Source: Lepidodermella squamata (taxonomy: Eukaryota > Animalia > Gastrotricha). Taken from it: a stretch of DNA of 64,000 nt. The DNA is taken from the NCBI GenBank assembly GCA_047495785.1, contig JBLDXI010000011.1:1674001-1738000 (forward strand), written 5' to 3'. Below the pieces are notes generated by a model, which worked only from the letters and a program-made list of their open reading frames with translations, had not been told where the DNA came from and did no database searches. Position 1 is the first letter of the stretch, and the number at the start of each line of letters is the position of its first letter. Made by a program: the position numbers and the translations under genes. Shown one piece after another: positions 1 through 11,900 of this stretch.

Positions 1-122
1 ACTGGCGGCTGGTCTTTACGCGCGGAGTTATGGGGCCTTGAGGCAATCAGCTATTCCGCCTATGCATTGCAGGGTGATCAAGAGAGCTCACCGACTGCCT
101 ACATCTACCTGCCAAAGGTTGC

Positions 123-157
<35 letters not shown>

Positions 158-440
158 ATGGTTGCCTGGCACGAATACGGAGAGAAAAAACTACGCGATT
201 AGATTCTAGATTTCTATTTTCGAATGAGAGACGAATGGGAGAGACGATAGTCTGTTGCGAACAGCATACCTGACACAGCTGATGTCAATGTCACGAAGAA
301 TGTACAACAAGGTACTTCGAGCGGAGTTGAAGTTAGGAAACATCGGACCAACCGGCCTGACGAAACCTGGTATTAACGCGGCCGCCGCGAAGGCTGTTTT
401 CAGAAACATGTACACGGCAATCGCAAGAAAGGAGAACGAA
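1..440 (+). mobile_element. 3' part of a degenerate non-LTR retrotransposon (duplicate of 21426-21835)
   Basis: Near-identical to 21426-21835, which directly follows the RT domain of the LINE at 18730-21835. Confidence 0.7.
125..154. repeat. (AG)n microsatellite
   Basis: About 15 AG units; only about 4 units at the paralogous site near 21552-21560. Confidence 0.9.
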
Positions 441-1197
441 GAGAACAAAGGCTCACAGTTGTGGCCGATTATCGCGCGAGGCTTCTCACGCCGAACGGTA
501 TCTGTACGATTTGGGCCCGAAATTAGGCAGAATACTGTTACGTATAAGAACTGACTCGACTTTTGGTGTAAGTGTTTATGTGAACTAGCGGAGGGAAGAG
601 AGGGTCATCTGCAAATGGTGCGGTGCTCCAGGCATCGAGCCTACGAATTGGCTGCTGCTTCAACATGCGATGTGCGAGTGCCCGAGAAACGAGGCAAAAT
701 GGACGAAAGCCGATAGGGACCGGCTACTGTTCGGGCGTCCAATTCTGTACACAGGGCCAGCTACCTTGGAGAAAATCAATATTGCCTAGATATTATTTTA
801 TTAGATCCGTCGTGTATTTTTCTAATTAATTTATTTATATTTCTAATTCTACTCCTTTGTGCCTTTTGGCCCGTGTAAAACATCGCTACAGCGGTGACTC
901 AGGTGCTGAACTCTCAACTGATGCCCAAGCATATCGCCGGGCAACTGGCGACTGGGCTCATAAATCCATCCATCCATTTCTTTCCTCTTTCGTGCGCTTG
1001 ATTGATGTTTTTGTGTCAGGCAAGTTCTTACGTAGCACTTGGAAAACGCAAGCATGTGGAATGTAGAACTGAATAGTTAAGTTCAGTTCTGTTCCTAATC
1101 CATCGTTTTCAGTTTTCAGTTTTATTCCGTTTTTCTAACTTTGCTGATTCAAGTTGTTTGGTTGCTTCAGGTGTTTACGACATTTTGTGGCTGTGAT

Positions 1198-1489
1198 TTC
1201 ATTCTCGGACATTTTAATATTAAAGCACCTGCCACAATAGTAATTTGAAACATCTTCAATCGTAGATTCGTGCTGTGCCTGCGCCTTTTTCTTACCTTCA
1301 AAATTGTACATTTTCGTTCGTTTCATCTGGAAAAAAGGACAAAATAAAAAGCTTTTCGTTTTCGTTTTCGTAGATAGCAATTCTGCCAAAGCAATTCTGC
1401 CAATGCAATTCTGCCTGTTTCATTCTTGGACATCATCATAATATTGAAGCACCAGCCACTGTAGTCATTTCAAACATCTTCAATCGTAG
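1198..1489 (+). repeat. Duplicated ~70-bp upstream module plus GCAATTCTGCC x3, upstream of NTPase copy 1
   Basis: The module ttcattct.ggacat...aatatt.aagcacc.gccac..tagt.attt.aaacatcttcaatcgtag occurs at about 1198-1266 and 1419-1489. The same doubling is upstream of copy 4; copies 2, 3 and 5 have one module. Confidence 0.75.
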
Positions 1490-1621
1490 CTAGCGATTCT
1501 GTCGAAAGAAGGAGCTCGCATCCGTGAAAACATTAAAAATTACGCTGGATGCTGTGGGTATTGAGTATCTTTTGTTGGTTAATAAGTTCCGATATATTCA
1601 TAGATATACAGTTAATTAAAA

Positions 1622-3283
1622 ATGATTCTAGGAAACTTGCGCCTACTATCACTGGCGACCAAACGATTTCGTGTCGACCGTCGTCATGCTCTTCTAACGC
1701 CAAAGCTTAATACGACTCACAACTCATTCGTCATTTTCCGACGTTCCTTGTCAGCCGCGCCATCCAATAATGCCTGGCTTGACTTTGTTAAACGTATCAC
1801 AATCGGCCAACTTGCCGGTACTGCTGTCGTGCTTGTTATTGGTAGTATCCCACTTAACTACGCCTATGTTGGATATAAGAATGCGGAAGCGATGAAACGT
1901 CGTTTAGAACAAGGCTGTGGCGCATATTTAGACACGGACAACCGAGTTTTCATTGATCGTCCAGAGTTGGAGAAGGATTTACAACACTTGATAACGCCAT
2001 ATACACCGGCCTTGGCTGAAAGTTATTTCCTCATTACTGGAGAGTATGGCACAGGCAAGACGATCTCGGTTATGAAAACGTGTCGATCTGTTGGGAGAGG
2101 TGTGATTTACGTGTCTGTCCCTGCGGATGTCTCCAGATTTGCCTCAGCTTTCGCCAAAGCTACCGCCTACAAAACTGAAAGTAGAGTTTCACGCTCTCAT
2201 TTATTTGTGCTACATTTGTTCTTATATAGGTAATGAAGTAAACTTGAGCGATATTTACCGTGCGTTCAAAGAAACGGCGAAGTGGTACAAGGCGAAATAT
2301 CATAAAGTACCTGTTCTTGTCATTGACAACGTGAATATCATGGCAAAAGATGATCCAAAAATGTTAGAAGTGCTTCAAGAAGGCGCAAAAGACGCTATTG
2401 ACCATCGCCAATTCGTTACTGTATTTGTATCATCCGATAGCGTGACGCCTCAGCAAATTACGAGTTCGTTTATGCAAAGTACGATTCATTTCAGTAATTG
2501 CTAACTGTTTTTTGTATTCAATAGACAGAAATGCCTTTTCGCGTGGGAGGTTGTATCGCGTAGCCGATATGAATCAAGACCAAGTGTTCGAGTACCTTCA
2601 GAAACGTGGCGTGGAGAACACTGATGGTACGCTCTACTCGCGCGTCTTTGCCATTGTCGGTGGACGTTCGCTAGCGTTGAGCAGAGTTTCTGCTGCCCTG
2701 ATACAGGGAGAATCGTTTCAAGGTACTCACTTGTATTTGCTCTTCTATATCGCGCCTTCCGTGCCTGAACAATGTGCCTGCCGGAAATAGAAACAAATGG
2801 CGCAATAAAATTGATGCGTAGAAAGAGCTGGCGTTCAACTTTCTTACCAGCGATCAGGCACGCCACTGACTTGAGATGATGCAAAGTAAGTTTTACGTCA
2901 TTTGTTTCTATTTCTGGCACACTGTTCTGGCCCGGAAGGCGCGATATGTAAACACTAATACGTGTTTTATAGACGTGAAGAAGGCGCTATTTGCAGACGT
3001 TCGAAATCGCGTGAGACGGTGTTGGAAAAATGATGAGGATGAGACTATCATTCAAGCCATTTTTGAATGCACAAATGCGAAATCAGTTTGCACCGTGGTA
3101 GATGTTGAGCTACATCTGGAGAAGGCTGGTACTCCTATCAATGTCGAGAAGATTGATGCTATTGGAGAAAGGATGACTTCGGCAAACTTACTTTCAAAGG
3201 TTGGAGAGTCGACCTGGACTTTTCATTCAAACGTTCAGAGGTCCTACTTTAAGGAACACCCACAGGTTACGGTCATGTCATGA
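1622..3283 (+). CDS. Predicted mitochondria-targeted, TM-anchored P-loop NTPase, copy 1 (short splice type, ~433 aa)
   Basis: Exons 1622-2180, 2230-2463, 2525-2722 and 2973-3283 join in frame through three phase-1 GT-AG introns. Arg-rich presequence ending RRSLS, TM IGQLAGTAVVLVIGSIPLNYAYV, Walker A GEYGTGKT, Walker B VLVIDN, AATAAA at 3337. Intron 1 depends on a weak GTAGAG donor. Confidence 0.75.
2750..2944. mobile_element. ~195-bp MITE in intron 3
   Basis: TIRs tcgcgccttccgtgcctgaaca.tgtgcc / ggcacactgttctggcccggaaggcgcga. TSD is TA, or ATAT if the ends are CGCG. The empty site ttctatatgtaaac is in copy 3 intron 3. Confidence 0.9.
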
Positions 3284-4610
3284 TGAGCATGGCGTGATGA
3301 CCTTGTTGTTTCTCCTGACGCCAGTCCATAAAATTGAATAAACAAAAAACTTAGCGGTGATTTAACGTGTAATTATTATGTGCGTAAATATGTGGTAACG
3401 AACGAATTCGAATTATTTCGATTGTAAATTTAATAAGGGATAAAAAATAATTCTTATCATTTTGCAAAGTTCTTACGAAAATTTCTTATCTTTTGCGAAA
3501 CTGCTATGCAACTGATTGAAACGACGCAAAGAAGACTAATCAAAAGCCAACAATATAGGCTAATAATTAAGGAAACATAAGGTTAATAGTGAAAAGTCCT
3601 GTCGATGTCATTGTGCTTTTTGTGTTATATTTGTATGATATAACATGAGTAGTTTGAATAACGGTGATATGATATAACAGTGGTTCGGTGGTTGATTGTG
3701 CCCTTGTCAATACCGATCGATTCAACAAGATTGTCGACATGAGCGTGGAAGACCGCCGTGGCTCCGATCACCGAAGCATCTCGGTTAGTGTTGTGCTGAA
3801 AGATGTGAAACTGGAAAGATGGAGGTTAGATGGCAGGACGTTTGATCGAACGGTGCACGAGGCGTTTAGCAGTCAACAACTGGAAGGGTCGGCTAATTTA
3901 TTAGCGCGAGAACTGATGGCAGTGGCTGAAGATTCACGGCGCCTGACCGAGTGGTAATGGAAAGCAGCAGCAGCGAACAGGGAAGTCGTCCGCACAAACT
4001 CGCGTGTTATCAGGAGAAGGACCGAAGACGGAGACAAACTGGATTACCTGATTCGGAACCGAAACAAAGTTCCGGAATTGAAGAGGAAGGACCCTCGACC
4101 GAAATTGCCGCCGGCTGGTGCTTTCCGGAAGCACCTACAGCAGCAACTTAGTCGCGATGGAAGCGTGCCCGCTGAAAGGAAACCACCATCGACCGAGAGT
4201 GGCGCCACGAAGAGAAGAAAAGCGTTGGGCGGAGACGTCCCGGTCAAGTTGGATGGCCTGATGAGTTGGAACAGCCCGTTTGCGAGGCTGAGCCGTGATT
4301 ACGCGGAGCCGGTACGAACGCCGGATGGAATAGTGTATCACCACGAAGTGATGTTAGACCATGTGATGGAAGAGAAGCGCTGACGAACTGCCCCAGAAAG
4401 TCTACAGCTGGCTGTTACTACGATGCTCTACGAAGGAATGTTGATGAACTGGCCCCTGTTTTGTGTCGAATTTTTACCTGTATTCTGAAGGGAGAGCTTT
4501 ACTCCGAGATTTGGAAGACGGCCCTGTTATCCATGATTTTCAAGCAAGGCGACGCTAATGAGGTCAAGAACTATCGGGCGATATCGTTGAAACCGTGCGT
4601 GGCGAAGGTA

Positions 4611-5880
4611 ACGTAATATGGGGTGACTTAGCATAGCTTTTTGCGCAGTTTTATTGCGCAGTCAAAGTAACTACTAGGTGCATGAATTGTAGTGGACAGG
4701 TAAAGGTAAAGGTGGGTAAAGTCACCCCAGACACATGTTAGATGCTGATGGGGTGACTTTGCACCGCTCAAATATCGAATCCGGCAAGGTAAAGACCCTA
4801 TGAGTGAGCTACCGTTGGATAGCCTGTAAGCAAGAGGGTTCGAAAATGCCATTCGATTTCGATTTTGATCGCATGGATTCCTTTGTTTACTCACCTAAAT
4901 TCTACTGGAAATCGAATTTAAAAAAAATATCCAACCTAACTTCACCTGTTATTTCAAGCTCGGTAATATGTTGGATTGGTGTAAATTTAACACATCTAGG
5001 CCTAGCTTTCCCCGGGCTATCCAGCAGTACCCCACTCATGGGGTCTTTACCTTGCCGTTTCGATAATTTGAGTGGCTAAAGTCACCCCTTTTAGACATGT
5101 TAAAGTCACCCCACTGTGCAAAATCAGCACATTATCAGGCCAGCCTACGTTACGGCTCTGCGCGCGCTCCTATTGGCCGGCCCTTTCGCGCACGCTGTTA
5201 CGCAACACACACGCGCAGTAAGTGCGTGCGTGCGTGCTGAACTGAATCAATTTCAACCCAAAAAAGTCGCGCATTTCGCATATATTTTATCAGATTTATA
5301 ACTGCGCGTGTGTCGATTTATAAAACATAATTTCAACCGAAAAAATCTCCATCTATCGATATAAAATTTGCATGGTAGGTACGAAAAATAAGCAAACATG
5401 GCGCACTTTCGGACATATTCACAAGGCACGCTCACTCGCCCAAGTCGTGCGCACTGTTATTTATCGCTAATTTTACCGCGCGCGCAGTTGTCAAAGAGTA
5501 ACTTAAACTTTATGTGTCGGTGTTTATGTCAAAATGAAGAGAATTTAATCCTCTATCGATTGAATATATTGTTCTCGCTCGAAAAACTGAAAGGGAAAAA
5601 GTTTTACGTGCACTGAAAAATTAGGGCAGGTGACCTCACGCGAGCGCACCACCAAGTAAAAATTGGGCACGTAAAATATTTAATTCTCAGATTTTAATCG
5701 TAACAAGTCTATATTCAATCGATAGAGAATTCAATTTACTTCATTTTGATGTAAAAGCCGACGTGAAATTCATAGATTGCCCTTTGATTTCAGTTCAAAA
5801 TGAGCTGACCAATAGGAGCGCGCGCAGAGCCGTAACGTAGGCGGGCCTGAAACTGTGCGCAAAATCACCCCAAATTACGG
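4611..5880. mobile_element. Non-autonomous DNA transposon with TA TSD (Tc1/mariner/pogo-type)
   Basis: TIR ccgtaatttggggtga / tcaccccaaattacgg (perfect in the duplicate), flanked by TA. It splits the RT sequence PCVAKV|YAKIL. Internal inverted arms at about 4750-4825 and 5015-5090. Confidence 0.85.
5136..5849. mobile_element. Nested non-autonomous element with CAGG termini (hAT-like ends)
   Basis: TIRs caggcc.gcctacgttacggctctgcgcgcgctcctattgg / ccaataggagcgcgcgcagagccgtaacgtaggcgggcctg; no TSD visible. Confidence 0.75.
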
Positions 5881-7094
5881 TATATGCGAAAATCCTCAAC
5901 AATTGTCTGCGAAAGTGGTTGAGTGTATTTTCACCATCGAAACAATGTCAGTTCGGTTTTTAGGAAGGTGTCTCTTCCACTGATAGACCGCAGGTAGACC
6001 GCGAACTGTTGTTCAGGAAGCTGGTAAGGAGAGGTGTCCCGCTGCTGTTTGTGGCAATGCTGAGGGACATGTACACCGGAACGGAGGCGGCGGTCGCGGT
6101 TGGTGGCGAAGTTTCGGACACATTTGAGACAACGACCGGCGTGAAGCAGGGCGATCCTTCTGTTCTGCGTGTATATCGACGACCTTGAGGACGCGCTGTC
6201 GATTCTGGGGGTGCCTGGACTACCGCTGGGCATCAAAACTGTGCGAACTTTGCTGTTTGCCGACGATGTGGTAATTCTATGCGCGCGAAAGTGTGAAATG
6301 GACGCATACCTTCTGCGACTCGAAAAATACGATTGGCAGTATTCCGTGATTGGCAACGCGGTGTATACGTTAACCCGATATATCTCGGAAATGCAACATT
6401 CTGATCGAATCGTCTAATTGGCAGCTGCTGGGTCACCTCATGACCGAGGCATCGTTAAAGTGTTCGACAGGCTGTTGGTCTTGTTGTATCGATTTTGTAT
6501 TTAACAGTTATTCGAAATAGCAGGTGTTTTAATTAATGCTGTTACAAATAAAGAGGTCAAGTGATACCCACCAGTTACGAATTATCTGTCGTAATATTAA
6601 GGATTAATTCGCTTGTATTGATGTTGATTTTTATCTTTTTGTTTTTAATCAAAAATTTACCATCCTGGCTGCGATCGACTAATCGGGATAAATCAATTTG
6701 TATAATCGTATCGTATCGTATTTCGATTTTTTGCGCGCGTCTTTCTTTGCTCTTTCGTGAGCTTGATTGATGTTTATGTTTTTGATGAGTTACGCTTAAA
6801 CCCATTTATAATCTCTAAACGTTGTGTTAATCGTCAAAATCTTTTGCCCTTTACCCCGCCTTTTCTTCCAATCAATATCATAGTGTTCTGAGAATTCATT
6901 CTTGGACATCATAATATTAAGGCACCTGCCACAGTAGTAATTTGAAACATCTTCAATCGTAGATTGCAATTCTGTCAAAGGAAGGAGCTCGCATCCGTGA
7001 AAACATTAAAAATTACGCTGGATGCTGTGGGTATTGTGTATCTTTTGTTGGTTAACAAGTTCAAATATATTCATAGATATACAGTTAATTAAAA

Positions 7095-10000
7095 ATGATT
7101 CTAGGAAACTTGCGCCTACTATCACTGGCGACCAAACGATTTCGTGTCGACCGTCGTCATGCTCTTCTAACGCCAAAGCTTAATACAAGTCACAACTCAT
7201 TCATAATTTTCCAGCGTTCCTTCTCAGCCGTGCCATCCAAGAATGCCTGGCTTGACTTTGTTAAACGAATCACACTGGGCGAAATTGTCGGTACTGCTGT
7301 GGTGCTTGTTATTGGTAGTATCCCACTTAACTACGCCTATGTTGGATATAAGAATGCGGAAGCGTTGAAACATCGTTTAGAACAAGGCTGTGGCGCATAT
7401 TTAGAAATGGAAGGCCCAGTTTTGATAGATCGCCCAGAGTTGGAGAAGGATTTACAAGACTTGATTAGGCCATCAACACCGGACTTGGCTCGAAAATATT
7501 ACCTCATTACTGGACAGTATGGCACAGGCAAGACGACTGCGGTTATGAAAGCGTGTCGAACTGTTGGGAGTGGTGTGATTTACGTGTCTGTCCCTGAGGA
7601 TGCCTCCCTATTTGCCTCAGCTTTCGCCAAGGCTACCGCCTACAAAACTCGTGCTAGCGGATTGTTTCCATTCCTGAACCAACGTTATTTCGGACATGAA
7701 CCGACTGGTAAGTGAGAAAGTAGAGTTTCATGCTGTCATTTATATGCGCTATATTTGTTCTTATATAGGTGATGAAGTAGACTTGAGCGCTATTTACCGT
7801 GCGTTCAAAGAAACGGCGAAGTGGTACAAGGCGAAATATCATAAAGTACCTGTTCTTGTCATCGACAACGCGAATAGGCTGGCAAAAGAGAATCCAAAAA
7901 TGTTAGAAATGCTTCAAGAGGGCGCAAAAGACGCTATTGACCATCGCAAATTCGTTACTGTATTTGTATCATCCGACAGTGTGACGCCTCAGCAAATTAC
8001 GAGTTCGTTTATTTTCTGTCAATTCAAGATCAATTCAGTTCAATTTCAGTAATTGCTAACTGTTTTTTGTATTCAATAGACAGAGTTATTTTTTGGCGTG
8101 GGATGTTGTATCGCGTAGCCGATATGAATCAAGATCAAGTGTTCGAGTACCTTCAGAAACGTGGCGTGGAGAACACTGATGGTACGCTCTACTCGCGCGT
8201 CTTTGACCTTGTCGGTGGACGTTCGCTAGAGTTGAGCGGAGTTTCTGCTGACCTGTTACAGGGGAAATCGCTTCAAGGTACTCACTTGTATTTTCTCTTC
8301 TATATCGCGCCTTCCGTGCCCGAACAGCGTGAATTTACGGATCCGCGGTGGTTTCCTCCGGCCACTGAAAACTCGTGAAAGGCTAGTTTTCCATTACAAT
8401 TATTGCTCGCACACAGGGCACACAGTAGTTCAGTGGATAGCTGTCTGCTGTGTATTGAGCGTCAAGATCGATGGGCACGAGTTCGATCCCCACCCGGGTC
8501 GACCGTGGTTTATCAATGACGCTCTACCCCAACGGTGGCCGACCACTCCATCGTGTTACAAAAGTGAAAAGTGGTAGATTAGGAGTGTCAGCGAGACTGC
8601 ACTAATCGCTACCGAGCTGTCCTCAAGAGACCCCAACAAGCGACCCTAAGAGCGCTCATTCGGGACCCATGGCTTCGGCCCATCCATTCAACGAATGGGA
8701 CGTCTCAATAATAAAAAAGGAATTTTTTATTGCTCGCACGCTATTGGTCGATTAAAAAATAAACGCGGGAACCGCAATAATGCCACTGAAACAAAACAAC
8801 AGTCAACTTAACAGATTTGTGGCTCATAAAGTCAAGACCGACGCGAACATAATATTTCCCACAAACTGTAAAAAATGACTTTTTGGGAAAATTATTCCAC
8901 TAAGTAATTTTGATTAAGAATTTCTGAAATTTAGCAATAGATTTTTGGAGAAAATAAGGCTTCGATTTGCAAGCGATTCAAACCACTTTTATTCAATACG
9001 TGCAATACGCCTTGGCATTTTGCAAAATTATTTAAAAAATCCCAATGCCAATTTAATGCTTTTGAATCGATAGTCACGGTTTAAATTTTCAATTGAAATG
9101 GCGAAAAATACTATCCTATTTTTTTTAATTTCCACGGCTCAATTTTTTCGTTCATTTTTGTCGAAATAACCGTAAGATGATTGCAATGCAGACTGAGTTG
9201 GTTGCAAGCCATTCATAATTTCGTGTTGTAGTGACCTAATTAATTATTGCTTGGATATGTTTGTGTCTTGCAAAAAAAATGGGAGCAAGTTTTATTGCTA
9301 TGTGATATATTGCTACTGCAGAAAAAGACTATAGCCACAAAAGCAGGGTGCCTTCAACCTTCCTAATGCAAGTTAACCAATGTGTAAAACTAACACCGGC
9401 ATGCACACTTAGCTTATTCGCCGTGAGGCGCTATTTAATCCACTGAAAATATGCAAGTTTACCACCGAAAACACGTAAAAACATTTTTTCGCTGAGCAAC
9501 CTTGCATCGCTGGATTTTATTACGCAACTCGAGGCAAAGAGAATGAACAACATCAATCAAACCTGGCGGTTCATATCATGCAAATAACACTCAAATTTAG
9601 TGAGCGTGCTAATATCTAGTTTAATTACTGCGTCGTTGCTAATGAGAGGCGCGCGTTTTTTTCGCGTATTTGGCCGTGATGTTTCTCATCGCCTGGTTGA
9701 TACGCCTGTATTTCGCCTTCTGTTTCTTAAGTTGTTGACCAGCTTCCTGTTGCAGTAGCTCACTGTCGGTCTCGTCCTCAATGGTGATAATCAGATCGCA
9801 GAAGCGCCAAAAGACAAGGTGACTACAACGCGCGGCCCGGTTGTAGCGGCTGTTGTTGCCTTCAACGCCGTTGTTCGTACGTACGTCCTCCCCATAAACA
9901 CACCATTCTTCTGGCGGTACAGTCTCCACTGCTTACCCCAATCGTCACAGAAGTCGAGAATCTTCTTGTCGCGTCGAAAATGTAAGAGAATAAAATCATG

Positions 10001-11329
10001 TTTCCGGTGGTAAATTCGCTAATTTCCCGGTGTTAACCTGACTGCGGCGAGGCCATCCGTCGCTTTTTGGCCGACTTCGGCTTGCACTTATTGCCGCGCT
10101 TGTGTTGGCCCATACCGCGGCCATCACGAAATTCGCGACCGCACTTCGCGCATATATTCTCTCCATTTCCTGATTTACTACAAATCACGGCCAGAAGAGA
10201 GCAGTGCAGTACAGTTAAATGTTCAGTACAGTACAGCTCTCTTTGAGTGATTTTTACACATTGGTAAACTTGCATTGGGAAACTTGCATTGGGGAAGTTA
10301 AATGAATCGAAAGCAGCACGAATAAACATAAACTGAAATACTGTAATGACTTGTGACAACCTCAACCTTAAATAACGAAAAGACTTCATCTCGATTTTCT
10401 CAAACATTTATTAATATTCCGAATTCAAAGTCCACCTGTAATTTGCAGTGTTCAGGATTTCAGGATGGTGGAAAAAACCAGCCTTTTACTTCATTTTTGA
10501 GTTCAGCGAAATGGAAAATTTTTGTTGAATTTTTTGGGCGATGAATTTTGGCGATTTTTGTCAATTATTTCTAATTTTCAGCGAGGAGTCGAAGGCGTGA
10601 AATTCACAGCCTTTGCTCATTTTTTCTAATTATTGATTCCACCGGACGTATGCTTTATTTGGAAATTGTTTCAATCATTTTCTCGAAGAAACTGTTCACA
10701 GCCTCTGAAAATGAGGCATTTTTCTTTGCACCGATCTGCATTATTAGCCATGAATCTGTGAAGTCGACTGTTATTTTTTTTCGCAGCGACTCCCGCGTTC
10801 ATTTTTGAATTGCCCAATAGCGTGCGAGCAATTAATTGTAATGGAAAATTAGCCTTTCACGGCTTTTTAGTGGCCGGAGGAAACCACCGCGGATCCGTTA
10901 ATGTGCACTTGGTGAAGATGCAAAGTTAGTTTTAAGCCATTTGTTTCTATTTCTGGCACACTGTTCTGGCCTGGAAGGCGCGATATGCAAACACTAATAC
11001 GTGTTTAATGTTTAATAGACGTGAAGAAGGCGCTATTTGCAGACGTTCGAAATCGCGTGAGACGGTGTTGGAAAAATGATGAGGATAAGACTATCATTCA
11101 AGCCATTTTTGAATGCACAAATGCGAAATCAGTTTGCACCGTGGTAGATGTTGAGCTACATCTGGAGAAGGCTGGTACTCCTATCAATGTCGAGAAGATT
11201 GATGCTATTGGAGAAAGGATGACTTCGGCAAACTTACTTTCAAAGGTTGGAGAGTCGACCTGGACTTTTCATTCAAACGTTCAGAGGTCCTACTTTAAGG
11301 AACACCCACAGGTTACGGTCATGTCATGA
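7095..11329 (+). CDS. P-loop NTPase copy 2 (long splice type, ~451 aa)
   Basis: Exons 7095-7707, 7769-8002, 8080-8277 and 11019-11329 in frame. Canonical GTAAGT donor in intron 1; GQYGTGKT and VLVIDN; intron 3 is 2741 nt and filled with TEs. Confidence 0.8.
8331..10908 (-). mobile_element. Internally deleted Mutator-like (MULE) element inside the intron-3 MITE
   Basis: ~85-bp TIRs (acggatccgcggtggtttcctccggccact...). Minus-strand remnants: zinc-finger-like CAKC...H...C and the C-terminal WCVYGEDVRTNNGVEG. The catalytic D..D region is absent, and this copy has a further ~750-bp deletion relative to 34544-39896. Confidence 0.85.
8413..8726 (+). mobile_element. tRNA-derived SINE
   Basis: A box TAGTTCAGTGG (8426), B box GAGTTCGATCC (8479), 3' hairpin and A-rich tail. 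13-bp TSD ttattgctcgcac at 8400-8412 and 8727-8739. Empty site at about 34612 in the duplicate. Confidence 0.9.
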
Positions 11330-11722
11330 TGAGCATGGCGTGATGACCTTGTTGTTTCTGCTGAAAGCCCATAAACCTTAATAAACAACCATACTTAGCG
11401 ATGATTTAACGTGTAATTATTATGTTCGTAAATATGTGGTAACGAACTTGAATTATTTCGATTGTAAATTTAATAAGGGATTAAAAATAATTCTTATCAT
11501 TTTGGAAAGTTCTTACGAAAATTTCTTGTCTTTTGCGAAACTGCTATGCAACTGATTGAAACGACGCAAAGAAGACTAATCAAAAGCCAACAATATAGGC
11601 TAATAATTAAGGAAACATAAGGTTAATAGTGAAAAGTCCTGTCGATGTCTTGTGCGTTTTGTGTTATATTTGTATGATATGAATGACATGAGTAGTATGA
11701 ATAACGGTGATATGATATAACA

Positions 11723-11900
11723 GTGGTTCGGTGGTCGGCTAATTTATTAGCGCGAGAACTGATAGCAGTGGCCGAAGATTCACGGCGCCTGACCGAGTGG
11801 AAATTGAAAGCAGCAGCAGCGAACAGGAAAGTTGTCCGCACAAACCCGCGTGTTATCAGGAGAGGGACCGGGGACGGAGACCTGGATTACCTGGATTACC
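11723..11900 (+). mobile_element. Short LINE remnant (same as 3680-4050 but with an internal deletion)
   Basis: SANLLARELIAVAEDSRRLTEW matches the sequence at 3890-3960. Confidence 0.75.

Larger units (their letters stand above)
3688..6330 (+). mobile_element. Degenerate LINE ORF2 remnant (endonuclease end plus RT), interrupted by a DNA element
   Basis: VDCALVN and GSDHRSI (APE end); WKTA...IFKQGD...NYRAISLKPCVAK; GVKQGDP; LLFADDVVIL. Related to the LINE at 18730-21835. Confidence 0.85.

Noticed and set aside
1622-3283. Prokaryotic operon of small ORFs, or a prokaryotic defence system
   Set aside because: The ORF pieces join through conserved GT-AG introns in all copies, forming a single eukaryotic gene
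3281-3286. Selenocysteine or read-through at the conserved TGATGA
   Set aside because: A further in-frame TGATGA and an AATAAA follow closely and no SECIS-like structure was seen; these are ordinary tandem stops
8413-8500. tRNA gene
   Set aside because: It has A and B boxes but no convincing cloverleaf, and it continues into a 314-bp unit bounded by a TSD, so it is a SINE head
8610-8702. HDV-like ribozyme (gcttcggc...cgaatgggac resembles the HDV 3' end)
   Set aside because: I could not build P1/P3/P1.1 or find the GUCCCA partner strand, and a local ccattc/gaatgg hairpin explains the motif. An Infernal or RNArobo search would settle it
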